This document shows, piece by piece, positions 40,060 to 49,507 of a DNA stretch of 64,000 nt. The translations under genes and the position numbers were made by a program. Numbering within the stretch: the stretch's first letter is position 1; every line of letters starts with the position of its first letter. Location of the stretch: assembly GCA_965198225.1 (NCBI GenBank), contig CBDAOY010000009.1, positions 928,001 through 992,000 of the forward strand, in the 5' to 3' direction. The notes below the pieces were generated by a model that worked only from the letters and a program-made list of their open reading frames with translations, was not told the DNA's origin and made no database searches. This stretch comes from Terriglobia bacterium (GTDB taxonomy: Bacteria > Acidobacteriota > Terriglobia > 20CM-2-55-15).

Positions 40060-40170
40060 GACTCCAAAAAGCTCATTCCTTCACTTCCTGAAGATTGCGG
40101 TGGCCCCCGGGCCACCGTTTTTTTGTCTCGGTGGATTTGACGAGCCATGATGGGAACTAACACACCCAAA

Positions 40171-40229
40171 CTCCCCTCCTCAGATGAGGAGGGGTAGCGC
40201 GAAGCGCCGGGGTGGTGCTGATCAAGAAA
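40171..40229 (+). repeat. Dispersed repeat family C, copy 1
   Basis: CTCCCCTCCTCAGATGAGGAGGGG..GCGCGAAGCGCCGGGGTGGTGCTGA; a reverse-complement copy lies at about 48247-48305. Confidence 0.8.
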
Positions 40230-40329
40230 CTCCGGAGAATCCTACCCCCCCTTCCTGGAATCAGGAGGGAGCCGTTTCACGCCTTCCTGGACCCCGCGCC
40301 TCCACCCCCCGTGCTAGGATCGTCCCTCA

Positions 40330-42036
40330 GTGAAAAACTTCGAGATCGCTCACATTTTCGGCAACATGGCGGACCTGCTCGAGATCCAGGGCGCGAATCC
40401 GTTCCGCGTCCGGGCTTACCGAAACGCCAGGTCGAGCCTCGAGGCGTTGACCGACACCGTCGAGGAGATCGCCACACGGGACGGGTTGAAGGAGATCACG
40501 GGCATCGGCAAGGATCTCGCCGCTAAAATCGTCGAATACATCGAGACCGAGAAGATCCAGGCTTTCGAGGACCTGAAGGCCGAAGTTCCGATCGGATTGG
40601 TCAACATCGTCAGCATCCCGACGATCGGTCCCAAGACAGCAAAAGCAATCTTTGACCATCTGGGTGTCGAGAGCGTCCAGGACCTGGAGAAACTCGCCAG
40701 CGGGGAAGAGTTGCTGCAGGTTCCGGGCATCAAGGCGAAAACGCTCGAGAACATCGTTCGTGGAATCGCCCTCTTCAGACGGCGGAAGGGGATGTTCCTG
40801 CTCGGTCGAACCCTTCCTGTTGCTCGGGGGATCTGCGACGTTCTCAGGGACGTGGCTGACCGTGTAACCTATGCCGGTAGCCTGCGCCGCATGAAGGAAT
40901 CCGTCCACGACGTGGACATTCTCGCCGCCTCCGACGATCCCGAGAGAGTCATGGAAGCCTTCCTGGAGACCTCGGACCTGGTGCGGGTGCTGGTAAAGGG
41001 ATCGACGAAAACATCGGTGCTCATGCAGGGCGATCTGCAGGTGGACCTGCGTGTGGTCGAGCCGGCCAGTTGGGGAGCGGCGCTGGCGTACTTCACAGGG
41101 CCCAAGGGGCACAACATCCGGCTGCGTGAGCGGGCTATCAAACGCGGCCTGAAGCTGAACGAGTATGGCCTGTTCGACGACGACAGGAGTGTGGCGGCCC
41201 TGGAAGAGGAGGACATATACCGCGCGCTGGATCTCCCCTTTATCCCCCCGGTGTTGCGTGAGGATCGCGGAGAAATCGAGGCCGCCGTCGAAGGCCGTCT
41301 TCCCGACCTGGTCCGGGTGGAGGACATCCGGGGAGACCTCCACATGCACACCACGTGGAGTGACGGCGCAGCGTCTACGGCCGAAATGGTCAATCGAGCG
41401 ATCGCGAAGGGATACGCCTATGTCGCGATTACGGATCATTCCAAGTCGCTCGGCGTAGCCGGGGGGCTCTCCGAGGAGGACCTGGTCAATCACGTTCAGG
41501 AGATCGGGGAGATCGACGCCCGCCATCGGAACTTTCGTGTTCTTGCGGGAACGGAAGTCGACATCCGCAACGACGGCACTCTCGACTATTCCGACGAGAT
41601 GCTCTCAAGGCTGGATTTTGTCGTCGCCTCGATCCATTCAGGATTCAGGCAGGACCGGGCAACCTTGACCGGCCGGATCGTTCGCGCCATGCAGAATCCC
41701 AATGTCCGGGTAATCGGCCATCCGACCGGGCGCCTCCTGGGCGATCGCGATTCCTACGACCTGGACTTCGACAAGATCATGGCCGAAGCAGCGCGCACGC
41801 GGACCTGTCTCGAAGTCAACGCCCACTACTACCGCCTCGACCTCAACGACGTACTATGCCGCAAAGCCAGGGAAAATGGCGTGCGGGTCGTCATCAGTAC
41901 CGACTCGCACAACTTCGAAAACCTGGAAAACCTGCCCTACGGGGTGGGAACGGCCCAACGCGGCTGGCTGGAGAAGGAGCACGTGTTGAACACCAACGGG
42001 GTGGAGGAGTTGCTGGCCTATAAGGGATCCGTGTAG
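40330..42036 (+). CDS. polX: DNA polymerase X / PHP 3'-5' exonuclease
   Basis: NPFRVRAY, AGSLRR, HDVDIL, QVDLR, YFTG; PHP motifs DLHMHT, ITDHS and STDSH. Confidence 0.95.
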   Translation: MKNFEIAHIFGNMADLLEIQGANPFRVRAYRNARSSLEALTDTVEEIATRDGLKEITGIGKDLAAKIVEYIETEKIQAFEDLKAEVPIGLVNIVSIPTIGPKTAKAIFDHLGVESVQDLEKLASGEELLQVPGIKAKTLENIVRGIALFRRRKGMFLLGRTLPVARGICDVLRDVADRVTYAGSLRRMKESVHDVDILAASDDPERVMEAFLETSDLVRVLVKGSTKTSVLMQGDLQVDLRVVEPASWGAALAYFTGPKGHNIRLRERAIKRGLKLNEYGLFDDDRSVAALEEEDIYRALDLPFIPPVLREDRGEIEAAVEGRLPDLVRVEDIRGDLHMHTTWSDGAASTAEMVNRAIAKGYAYVAITDHSKSLGVAGGLSEEDLVNHVQEIGEIDARHRNFRVLAGTEVDIRNDGTLDYSDEMLSRLDFVVASIHSGFRQDRATLTGRIVRAMQNPNVRVIGHPTGRLLGDRDSYDLDFDKIMAEAARTRTCLEVNAHYYRLDLNDVLCRKARENGVRVVISTDSHNFENLENLPYGVGTAQRGWLEKEHVLNTNGVEELLAYKGSV

Positions 42037-42185
42037 GTGCGGTCTATGACCGCACAAAGCGTTTCCCGGAAGATCCGTTTGCCGAGGTTTCCGCTTAGCG
42101 AAGACCTAAAGGATCCGTGTAGGTGCGGTCTATGACCGCACATTTCTCGAATCGAAACCTTGTGCGCTCATAGAGCGCACCTACA
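42032..42185. repeat. Family A REP cluster: single REP at 42032-42056 plus doublet at 42118-42185
   Basis: GGATCCGTGTAGGTGCGGTCTATGACCGCACA occurs twice; the first copy supplies the polX TAG stop. Confidence 0.85.
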
Positions 42186-42197
42186 CTTGTTCGCTCG

Positions 42198-43235
42198 ATG
42201 ACTCCCACCGCAATCAAAGAGAAAGCTTACGAACTCGGTTTCGAACTGGCAGGGATTGCGCCCATCGCTCCTTCCCCTGAGGCTGACTTTTATCCCGAGT
42301 GGCTCGATCGCGGCTTTGCCGGGAAGATGAAATATCTCGAGCGCCAGGCGCCTTCTAAGATGGATCCCCGTTCGCTGATGCCTGGCGCGCGCTCCGTCAT
42401 CGTGTGCGCGATGAACTACCAGACGGATCGCGAGCTGACAACATTCGATCCCAATCGGGCCTGGGTCTCGCGCTATGCGTGGGGCGAGGACTATCATGAG
42501 GTCCTCCGTACCAGGCTGGAAAAACTTGCGGGCTGGCTGCGTGAGGCGGCCCGGGCCGAGGCCCGCGTTTACGTTGACACGGGGCCGTTGCTCGAGCGGG
42601 TCCACGCGAAATACGCCGGCGTCGGCTGGTTCGGGAAGAACACCTGCATCATCGACCAGAAGGTCGGCTCCTGGTTGTTTCTGGGCTGCATCCTCACCGA
42701 CCTCGAAACCGATTATGACCTGCCGGCTCCCGATCGATGCGGGAGCTGCACGCGCTGCATCGACGCCTGTCCGACAGACGCCATTCCGTCTCCGTACGTT
42801 CTGGACAGTAACAAATGCATCTCCTACCTGACGATCGAACTGCGTGGTCCGGTTCCGGAGGACTTGAGGTCCGGCGTGGGACATCACCTCTTCGGTTGCG
42901 ACATCTGCCAGGACGTCTGTCCGTGGAACCGGCGCGCTCCGTCGACGGACCAGCGGGCCTTCGATGCGCGTGAAGGTCTGTTCCGTCCCGAGCTGGAGCG
43001 GCTTCTCGAACTCGATGCCGAGGGGTGGCGACAGCTGATACGCGGGACCGCCATGAAGCGTGCCAGGGTTCGGGGTTTGCTGCGGAACCTGATGGTGGTC
43101 GTCGGGAATTCCGGGGTCGGGCGCTTGCGCGACAAGGTTCGGAAGTTTCTGGATCACCCCGATGGGGACGTAAGCTCCCATGCGCGGTGGGCGTTGGCTC
43201 GGTTGGATGCGGATGGAGAGGGGCAGCCTAAATGA
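42198..43235 (+). CDS. queG: tRNA epoxyqueuosine(34) reductase
   Basis: SRYAWGEDYH, VDTGPLLER, CGSCTRCIDACPT, CISYLTIE, GCDICQDVCPWN. Confidence 0.96.
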   Translation: MTPTAIKEKAYELGFELAGIAPIAPSPEADFYPEWLDRGFAGKMKYLERQAPSKMDPRSLMPGARSVIVCAMNYQTDRELTTFDPNRAWVSRYAWGEDYHEVLRTRLEKLAGWLREAARAEARVYVDTGPLLERVHAKYAGVGWFGKNTCIIDQKVGSWLFLGCILTDLETDYDLPAPDRCGSCTRCIDACPTDAIPSPYVLDSNKCISYLTIELRGPVPEDLRSGVGHHLFGCDICQDVCPWNRRAPSTDQRAFDAREGLFRPELERLLELDAEGWRQLIRGTAMKRARVRGLLRNLMVVVGNSGVGRLRDKVRKFLDHPDGDVSSHARWALARLDADGEGQPK

Positions 43236-43629
43236 TGCGGTCTTCCGGGGTGTTGGCCTTCTGCATCTGGACCATCCGGCGTTCGAGGTGGAACATGAAT
43301 CGGAAGATCATCTCGCGGTTCTTGTCGTCGATATCGTTGAACTGGATACCGATACGGGGATGGCTCATCCAGCGGACGACCGGATATACCACCGGCATCC
43401 CGACATCGGGCAGGACCAGCACGGCGGGCCCTAAAACCTGTCCTTTGTAGAATTTATCGAAGTGTTTGGCGGTGATGAAGCGCGCGCCGCCGGCGCCGAG
43501 CTCATCGACGATGGGATCGATATTGGTGCCCTCGAGGCTGAACAGCAGGTATACGGGCTCGGACGCAACCATCGGCAGGCGGAAAGCTGCCCGCTGCTTG
43601 GTGTACTCCGCTGGCACCGCGCTCTTCAT
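43228..43629 (-). CDS. PilZ-domain protein
   Basis: QRAAFR (RxxxR) motif, ELGAGGA (variant of DxSxxG), IGIQF. Confidence 0.75.
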   Translation of the reverse strand: MKSAVPAEYTKQRAAFRLPMVASEPVYLLFSLEGTNIDPIVDELGAGGARFITAKHFDKFYKGQVLGPAVLVLPDVGMPVVYPVVRWMSHPRIGIQFNDIDDKNREMIFRFMFHLERRMVQMQKANTPEDRII

Positions 43630-43688
43630 AATTATTCATTCGTCATATTCGGGCAGAATCTTTAGCGAAAGGTATACCTAATATACAG

Positions 43689-43831
43689 ATGCGTCTGTTC
43701 CTCATCGCCGCGGTTCCTATAGCTTTAATCCTGTATTGGCATGGGCTGGCGGCGCCGTTCTACCTGGACGACAGCAATGTGATTCAGAACCCGATTGAGG
43801 CAGAGGGCCTCGCCGGGACCCGGCCGTTGGG
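43689..43831 (+). pseudogene. 5' fragment of a paralog of the TMTC-like gene
   Basis: Translates as MRLFLIAAVPIALILYWHGLAAPFYLDD, versus MRLFLIAALPLALLIYGHGLEAPYYLDD at 43982. Confidence 0.8.
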
Positions 43832-43930
43832 GTGCCCTCGAGGCTAAAGAGCAGGTACACTGACTCGGAAGCGACCATCGGCAGGCGGAAGCTGCGCGCT
43901 GCTTGCTGTAATCCAGTACTGCGTCTTCAT
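43832..43930 (-). pseudogene. 5' fragment of a second PilZ gene
   Basis: DNA is similar to 43526-43629 (GTGCCCTCGAGGCT..CAGGTA..ACCATCGGCAGGCGGAA). Confidence 0.8.
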
Positions 43931-43981
43931 AATTGATAAACTGTTCATTCTGCGCAATCGGTTAGAAGCCCTAACAATTTG

Positions 43982-45718
43982 ATGCGTCTTTTCCTGATAG
44001 CTGCACTGCCCCTCGCACTCTTGATCTACGGACACGGACTGGAAGCGCCGTATTATCTGGACGATGTTGTCGTCCTCGATTCGGTGTCATTTTACAGCCC
44101 GAATCTGGGCAGCCGCACGGTTGCTGATGCGACTTTCTATCTGAACATGCTGGCAATCGATGTCGTCGCTCCCCTCTTCCACTGGAAACCCAGTTTTTAC
44201 TATAGGTTAGGCAACCTCCTGATCCATGTCCTGGTGGCGACGGTCCTGGTCGGCCTTGTCCGAGAATTAACGGGGCGTCTTTCAACGGGATACGCTGTCG
44301 GTTTTCTCTTCCTGGCCCATCCACTGACTAGCGAGCCGGTGATGTACGTTACCCAGCGCTACCAGTCGCTCGCCACTCTTTGGATTTTCGTCGCCGGATG
44401 GAGCTATGTACTCTTTCGGAAGTCGGGCGATTGGATCTCGGGTGATCGCCGTTGGCTCCTGGTAACGGTCGTTGCGAGCGTAGCCGCCGTTTTCACAAAG
44501 CGGTTCGCCTACGTCCTGCCCTTATGGATCCTTGTCCTGGAGTTTACGTACTTCAGTAAGCTGAAGTGGAATTGGCGCTATTTGTATTTGGTACCGGTCG
44601 GGGAGATTGTTCTCTGGAGGACTTTGTTGTATGTGAGCCCGGACAATACAACTGTTGTCGATGCAGCCCCTTGGGGTCAGTATTTGCTTGCTCAAGGACC
44701 GGTTCTGCTCAAGTACCTCCAACTTTCCGTATTCCCCGCCAAACAGTTTCTTTTCTATGACTTCCCACTGGCGACCAGCATTTCCTGGTCGGTCATCCTG
44801 CAGTGGGCTGTGGTCTTGGCGGTTCTGGCTACAGGATTCTTGGCGCTGCGCCGATATCCAGATATAGGGTTCGGCATCGTTACGTTCTTTGTCCTGCTGC
44901 TACCCTTGATCCTAATCCCGCGGCCGAATCTGGTTTTTGAGTACCGCGCCTATGGCTCGTTCGCGGGAATTGCGCTGGTGGCGGGAACGCTTCTGACCTG
45001 GCGTCCCAGGCCTGTTGTTGCCGTTATGACCGTTGCCCTGATCATTGCGTTTGGTGTTCGCACTTACGAACGAAGTGCCGAGTGGAATCATGAGATTCCG
45101 TTCTTCGAGTCGCACGTCGCGGAGTTCCCGGACGATCCGCACGCCCTCTCGTTTCTGGCGTTGCATTATTCGGCGTCGGGGCAGGTGAACAGGTCCATCG
45201 AAGTTCTCACGCATGCCCAGGACAACCTGGATCGTTTCAACGACTACTACATGCGGCCCGGAAGCCTGGCGATCGGACTGAATCTGCACGCAGCCCAGGT
45301 GGCCATTGGAAATCTCGATGCCGCTGGAGAGGTTCTTGAGCAGCTCCGTGTAATAGGTTCGGACGAGCCAGCGTTTGTGCGGTCCGAGGCGAGTTGGTTG
45401 CTCGCAACTGATCAACCGGAACGTGCCGTGGAAGCCTTCACGAGGCTGGTTGAGCTCGACCCTGATCAGGAAATCGGATGGCTGGGTCTCCGAATTGCGT
45501 ATTCGCGGCTCGGCGACGAAACACGGGCCGACGAGGCGGCCCGGCGGCTCAGTGAGGTCCAGGATCTGAAGGAAGTTCGGATCCGGGAAAGGTGGTTCAT
45601 CCCCGTTAGGTTCCGGACTCATGCGATTTTTGGAATGTTGTTGATGTTTTTCGCCATTACCGTCATTTGCGGCAGATTTGTCTGGTCCACGGCCCGTCAG
45701 AGGTGGTCCCATGGCTGA
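43982..45718 (+). CDS. TMTC-like (GT-C fold) membrane glycosyltransferase with C-terminal TPRs
   Basis: YYLDD in loop 1, NLLIH, FLAHPLTSEPVMYVTQR, FEYRAY; multiple transmembrane helices followed by TPR-like helices. Confidence 0.75.
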   Translation: MRLFLIAALPLALLIYGHGLEAPYYLDDVVVLDSVSFYSPNLGSRTVADATFYLNMLAIDVVAPLFHWKPSFYYRLGNLLIHVLVATVLVGLVRELTGRLSTGYAVGFLFLAHPLTSEPVMYVTQRYQSLATLWIFVAGWSYVLFRKSGDWISGDRRWLLVTVVASVAAVFTKRFAYVLPLWILVLEFTYFSKLKWNWRYLYLVPVGEIVLWRTLLYVSPDNTTVVDAAPWGQYLLAQGPVLLKYLQLSVFPAKQFLFYDFPLATSISWSVILQWAVVLAVLATGFLALRRYPDIGFGIVTFFVLLLPLILIPRPNLVFEYRAYGSFAGIALVAGTLLTWRPRPVVAVMTVALIIAFGVRTYERSAEWNHEIPFFESHVAEFPDDPHALSFLALHYSASGQVNRSIEVLTHAQDNLDRFNDYYMRPGSLAIGLNLHAAQVAIGNLDAAGEVLEQLRVIGSDEPAFVRSEASWLLATDQPERAVEAFTRLVELDPDQEIGWLGLRIAYSRLGDETRADEAARRLSEVQDLKEVRIRERWFIPVRFRTHAIFGMLLMFFAITVICGRFVWSTARQRWSHG

Positions 45719-46505
45719 GGGAGCAGTAGTTCTGGTCGTCAACAAGGAAAAGATACTTGTCGACCTGTTGGTGCGATCGTTCGAGGGGGATGGTCTGGCC
45801 ATGTTCGGGGCTGCGTCCATCGCCCAGGCGAAACATCTGTTGAAACAGCATCAGCCCGACCTCCTCATTATCGATCCCACTATCCCGGATGGATTCGAAT
45901 TCATGGGCGAGGTTCGGATCGGGTTAAAGCCGGTCGCTATCGTTGCCCTGGTCGAATCGGAAGACGTGCGGGAGCGGGTGGTCGCGGCCGGAGTGGAGCG
46001 CATGACGGACAAGAGCGCTGGACTCGACGCGCTCGTCGACGAGATCCGGTCTTCGTTCGACGCCGGCCTGTCGGTTCAAGCCAACGGCGACAGCGTTCGG
46101 GTGTTGCTCGCCGATGATGACGATGGAATGCGAACGACGCTGGCCGACTATCTGGGGATTCGAGGCTACTCGACGTTTCCGGCGAAGGATGGGCGGGAAG
46201 CCCTGGAACTGGTCCGGAAGGATGCGTCGATGAGGCTCGTGTTGTTGGACGTCAGTATGCCTCGGATGGGTGGTCTGGAGGTCCTACGCCAGATCATGCT
46301 CATGCCGGATCATCCCGACGTGATCATGATGACTGCGGTGGCCGACCGGGAAGTCGCAAAACAGGCTCTCAATGCGGGAGCGTTCGACTACGTCCTCAAG
46401 CCTTTCGACCTCGGGTCGATCGACTCTTCGATTATCGCTTGCCTCAGTTATTCGGACTATCACAAGCAGCCCTGGTGGAAGCGGTTGGTCCCACACTCCG
46501 CCTAG
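45711..46505 (+). CDS. Response regulator with two receiver domains
   Basis: Degenerate REC1; canonical REC2 (LADDD, LLDVSMP, MTA, KPF); no output domain. Confidence 0.88.
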   Translation: MAEGAVVLVVNKEKILVDLLVRSFEGDGLAMFGAASIAQAKHLLKQHQPDLLIIDPTIPDGFEFMGEVRIGLKPVAIVALVESEDVRERVVAAGVERMTDKSAGLDALVDEIRSSFDAGLSVQANGDSVRVLLADDDDGMRTTLADYLGIRGYSTFPAKDGREALELVRKDASMRLVLLDVSMPRMGGLEVLRQIMLMPDHPDVIMMTAVADREVAKQALNAGAFDYVLKPFDLGSIDSSIIACLSYSDYHKQPWWKRLVPHSA

Positions 46506-46777
46506 CAGCCCGTGGCAGAACTCTGCAGGGTCGCGCGCAGGGGTCTTCGGGTTGCAGGCGCGAAGAGAGGAGCGGAGCGATGATCATTCATCGTGACCGA
46601 CGAGGGACAAAGCCTGCGGCCCGAACCCCCCTGCGCCCTTCGGGTTACGGCGAAACGGGCCGTCTTCGTTGTCGCCGACTCCTCCCAATGAATGAGCATT
46701 ATTTCGTCCTCGCCTCCTAGAATCCGGCCCCGTTTGGCCGTAACGCGGCCCTGCAGAGTTCTGCCACGGGCTGCTAG
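46502..46777. mobile_element. MITE (non-autonomous element) with 29-bp perfect terminal inverted repeats
   Basis: CTAGCAGCCCGTGGCAGAACTCTGCAGGG ... CCCTGCAGAGTTCTGCCACGGGCTGCTAG; no transposase inside. Confidence 0.85.
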
Positions 46778-46849
46778 CAGTCCCGTTCCCCCACTACAAA
46801 CCGCTTATTTTTCAGCCGATTTGGTTCAATCCGCGCTAAATTATCTCGG

Positions 46850-48157
46850 ATGGGCAAGAGCATTCGTATCGGCCTGCTTGGACTGGGAACCGTCGGGACC
46901 GGTGTCGTTCGCCTCCTGGAGCGGAACCGGGACCTGATAGAGAGGCGGATCGGAGTCCCGCTGGAAGTGAGCCGAGTTGCAGTTCGCGACCCGGACAAGG
47001 CCCGGGACGTTTCCGTTTCAGACGGTCTCCTGACAACCGATCCCTTTGAGGTTGTGCGAGATCCAGATGTCGACGTCGTAGTCGAGCTGATCGGGGGCTG
47101 TGAGCCTGCACGCGAATTGGTCCTGGCCGCCATCGCGAATAAAAAGCCCCTGGTCACGGCCAACAAGGCCATGCTGGCCGAGCACGGGGACGAGATTCGA
47201 CGAGCGGCGCTGGAGATGGGCGTCGACCTGGGTTTCGAAGCCAGCGTCGGAGGTGGAATTCCAGTGATCAAGACCTTGCGCGAAGCCCTGGCGGCGAACC
47301 ACGTGCTTTCGGTCTACGGGATCATCAACGGGACTTCGAACTACATCCTTACGAAGATGCGGGAGGAGGATCGAACCTTCGAGGATGTGCTGGAGGAGGC
47401 GCAGCAGGCGGGATACGCAGAAGCCGATCCCAGCTTTGACGTCGAGGGGGTGGATTCGGCCCACAAACTGGCAATTCTCGTGAATCTCGCATTCGGAATC
47501 CCGGTCAAGCTCAGCGAAGTCTACACGGAAGGGATTACCCGGATCAGCCCCATCGACATCGAGTTCGGCCGGGAATTCGGCTACACGCTCAAGCTTCTGG
47601 CCATCGCGAAGGCAACAGACGAGGAGGTCGAAGCCCGTGTCCATCCGACCCTGGTCCCGGATGATGACCCGATCGCCAAGGTCGGCGGGGTCTATAACGC
47701 GGTCGAGATTGTCGGTGACGCAGTGGAAGACCTGATGCTCTACGGCCGGGGTGCCGGCGAGGGACCGACTGCCAGCGCGGTCGTCGGCGATATCATCGAC
47801 ATTTCAAGCAATCTGGAAGCCTCCCGCGACTCGGTGTCCCCGTCCCAGCTTCCTCCCGACGGTTCAGCTGGTCGTATCAAGCCGATCGACGCGATTTCGG
47901 GTCCCTACTACTTGCGGTTCATGATCGACGATGAGCCCGGCGTCTTAGCTCAAATCTCCGGCATTCTCGGACAGCACGGTATCAGCATCGAATCGATGAT
48001 CCAGAAAGGCCGGAAGACCGGAGGAACCGTGCCGCTGGTCGTAATGACGCACGCCGCGGTCGAAAGGGACGTCCAGGAGGCGCTCCAGGAAATCGATCAA
48101 CTCTCCTGCGTGTCGGAGAAGGCTGTGTTGATCCGGGTGGAGGGGGAGGAGTCGTAG
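46850..48157 (+). CDS. hom: Homoserine dehydrogenase with C-terminal ACT domain
   Basis: GLGTVG, VTANKA, FEASVGGGIP, GIINGTSNYIL, GYAEADP. Confidence 0.97.
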   Translation: MGKSIRIGLLGLGTVGTGVVRLLERNRDLIERRIGVPLEVSRVAVRDPDKARDVSVSDGLLTTDPFEVVRDPDVDVVVELIGGCEPARELVLAAIANKKPLVTANKAMLAEHGDEIRRAALEMGVDLGFEASVGGGIPVIKTLREALAANHVLSVYGIINGTSNYILTKMREEDRTFEDVLEEAQQAGYAEADPSFDVEGVDSAHKLAILVNLAFGIPVKLSEVYTEGITRISPIDIEFGREFGYTLKLLAIAKATDEEVEARVHPTLVPDDDPIAKVGGVYNAVEIVGDAVEDLMLYGRGAGEGPTASAVVGDIIDISSNLEASRDSVSPSQLPPDGSAGRIKPIDAISGPYYLRFMIDDEPGVLAQISGILGQHGISIESMIQKGRKTGGTVPLVVMTHAAVERDVQEALQEIDQLSCVSEKAVLIRVEGEES

Positions 48158-48246
48158 GCCGTTGGGAGCAACTGAGTCGGGCCCGCCAAACCACCCCGTC
48201 TGCACCTGCGGCGCAGCCATCCCTTTTTTGCGTGGGAAGGGGAATT

Positions 48247-48305
48247 TTCTTTGGTCAGCACCACCCCGGCGCTTCGCGCCACCCCTCCTCATCTGAGGAG
48301 GGGAG
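48247..48305 (-). repeat. Dispersed repeat family C, copy 2
   Basis: Reverse complement of 40171-40229. Confidence 0.8.
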
Positions 48306-48369
48306 CCCTCACTGACCACTTGCCACTGGACACTGCAAACCGCCCGGCGACAGCGTTCCGGCAGGCTAC

Positions 48370-48399
48370 AAAAAAATGGCCCGGGCATCGGCCCGGGCC
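48370..48399 (-). terminator. Rho-independent terminator of the pilin-like gene 48430..49197
   Basis: GGCCCGGGC/GCCCGGGCC hairpin followed by a T7 run on the minus strand. Confidence 0.85.
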
Positions 48400-48429
48400 T
48401 TGAAGGAGCTTGTCTGGCTATAAAAATTG

Positions 48430-49197
48430 TTAACGGATTCTGAAGACGATGTCGTCTCCCCCGACAGCGAAAGTCGGGCCGTCGGCGTTGGCGGAGGTCT
48501 CCAGCGCCCGGTTGGCGCCGGCCGCGATTACTATGACTGCGACTTCGGGCAGACCGCTCAGTCCGAGCTGTGCGAAATGCCCCACGTGAAGCTTGCGGAC
48601 GTTGATCAGGTACTTGTTGCCCCAGGGGTCCGTCAGTGGGAGAGCGATGATGTAAGGACCGGACCAGCCTCGCTGGGGGTCTCCCACAATCGTTCCGCGC
48701 CTCGGATATTCCTCGGTGCCGGTGAACGTGATGCCACCATCGGTGCTGGTTCTGGCAATCTGGTTGGCGACGAGATGCCCTTCGACCGTGTCGTCATCCG
48801 CGACCAGTTCGTGGCCGAATGACGAGGCCGCACTCGCGTAGGTCGCCGGGCTCGCCGGTATGTCCCAGGTGGACCCGACCGTCTGATCCGTCGGATAGGT
48901 CCCATTCTGGGAGGCCAGGTTGTTGAAGAAGGCGTCGTTCGGACCCGTGGCGTTGCCCGACCGGAACAACGGCCAATGAGAGGTGTCCTGGTAGTACGTG
49001 ATTACGCCCTGACCGATCGCCTGGACGTCGGCGAGGGCGGCCTGAACATTGGCGTTGTCGATGGCGCCGATCGCGCCACCGACGGCAACGCCTGCCAGCA
49101 CTGCACCGACGGCGACCGTCGCGGTCGCTTCGATCAGTGAGGTCGCGACGCCCCTGGTTCCACCCAGTAGTTTTTTAATTATTGTTAGCGCGTTCAT
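48430..49197 (-). CDS. GspG/type IV pilin-like protein with an atypical leader
   Basis: RGVATSLIE plus hydrophobic helix; WSGPY, DPWGNKY, GGDDIVFRIR. Confidence 0.85.
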   Translation of the reverse strand: MNALTIIKKLLGGTRGVATSLIEATATVAVGAVLAGVAVGGAIGAIDNANVQAALADVQAIGQGVITYYQDTSHWPLFRSGNATGPNDAFFNNLASQNGTYPTDQTVGSTWDIPASPATYASAASSFGHELVADDDTVEGHLVANQIARTSTDGGITFTGTEEYPRRGTIVGDPQRGWSGPYIIALPLTDPWGNKYLINVRKLHVGHFAQLGLSGLPEVAVIVIAAGANRALETSANADGPTFAVGGDDIVFRIR

Positions 49198-49238
49198 TGC
49201 TCAGCTCCTTCTCAAGTGTTCCGTTAGGCCCACTTAAA

Positions 49239-49254
49239 AGCACGCCGTGTGCCA
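49239..49254 (-). promoter_or_regulatory. Sigma54-type -24/-12 promoter
   Basis: The minus strand reads TGGCACACGGCGTGCT (GG-N10-GC), about 40 bp upstream of the pilin ATG, with AT-rich DNA further upstream. Confidence 0.72.
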
Positions 49255-49507
49255 TTGTCTAAGTAGCTGAAAACACTGATTTCTAACTTTATCGTGTCCA
49301 CAGATTCTGTAGACGGACCATCCTCGCGTCAACAACTTTGTGGTCTTTAATGCAGGAATTACAGTTTAAGAGTCGCTGCACCTGTTGCAGCCTGGCGCAG
49401 CTACTGCGCGTCGAGATGCATTAGATAAACCGTGCGGGGGGCGTGACGAAGGAGAGAACATCCTGTTGGTATTCGCAGTTGGGAGGAGGATCCTCAGGGA
49501 GGAGCTA

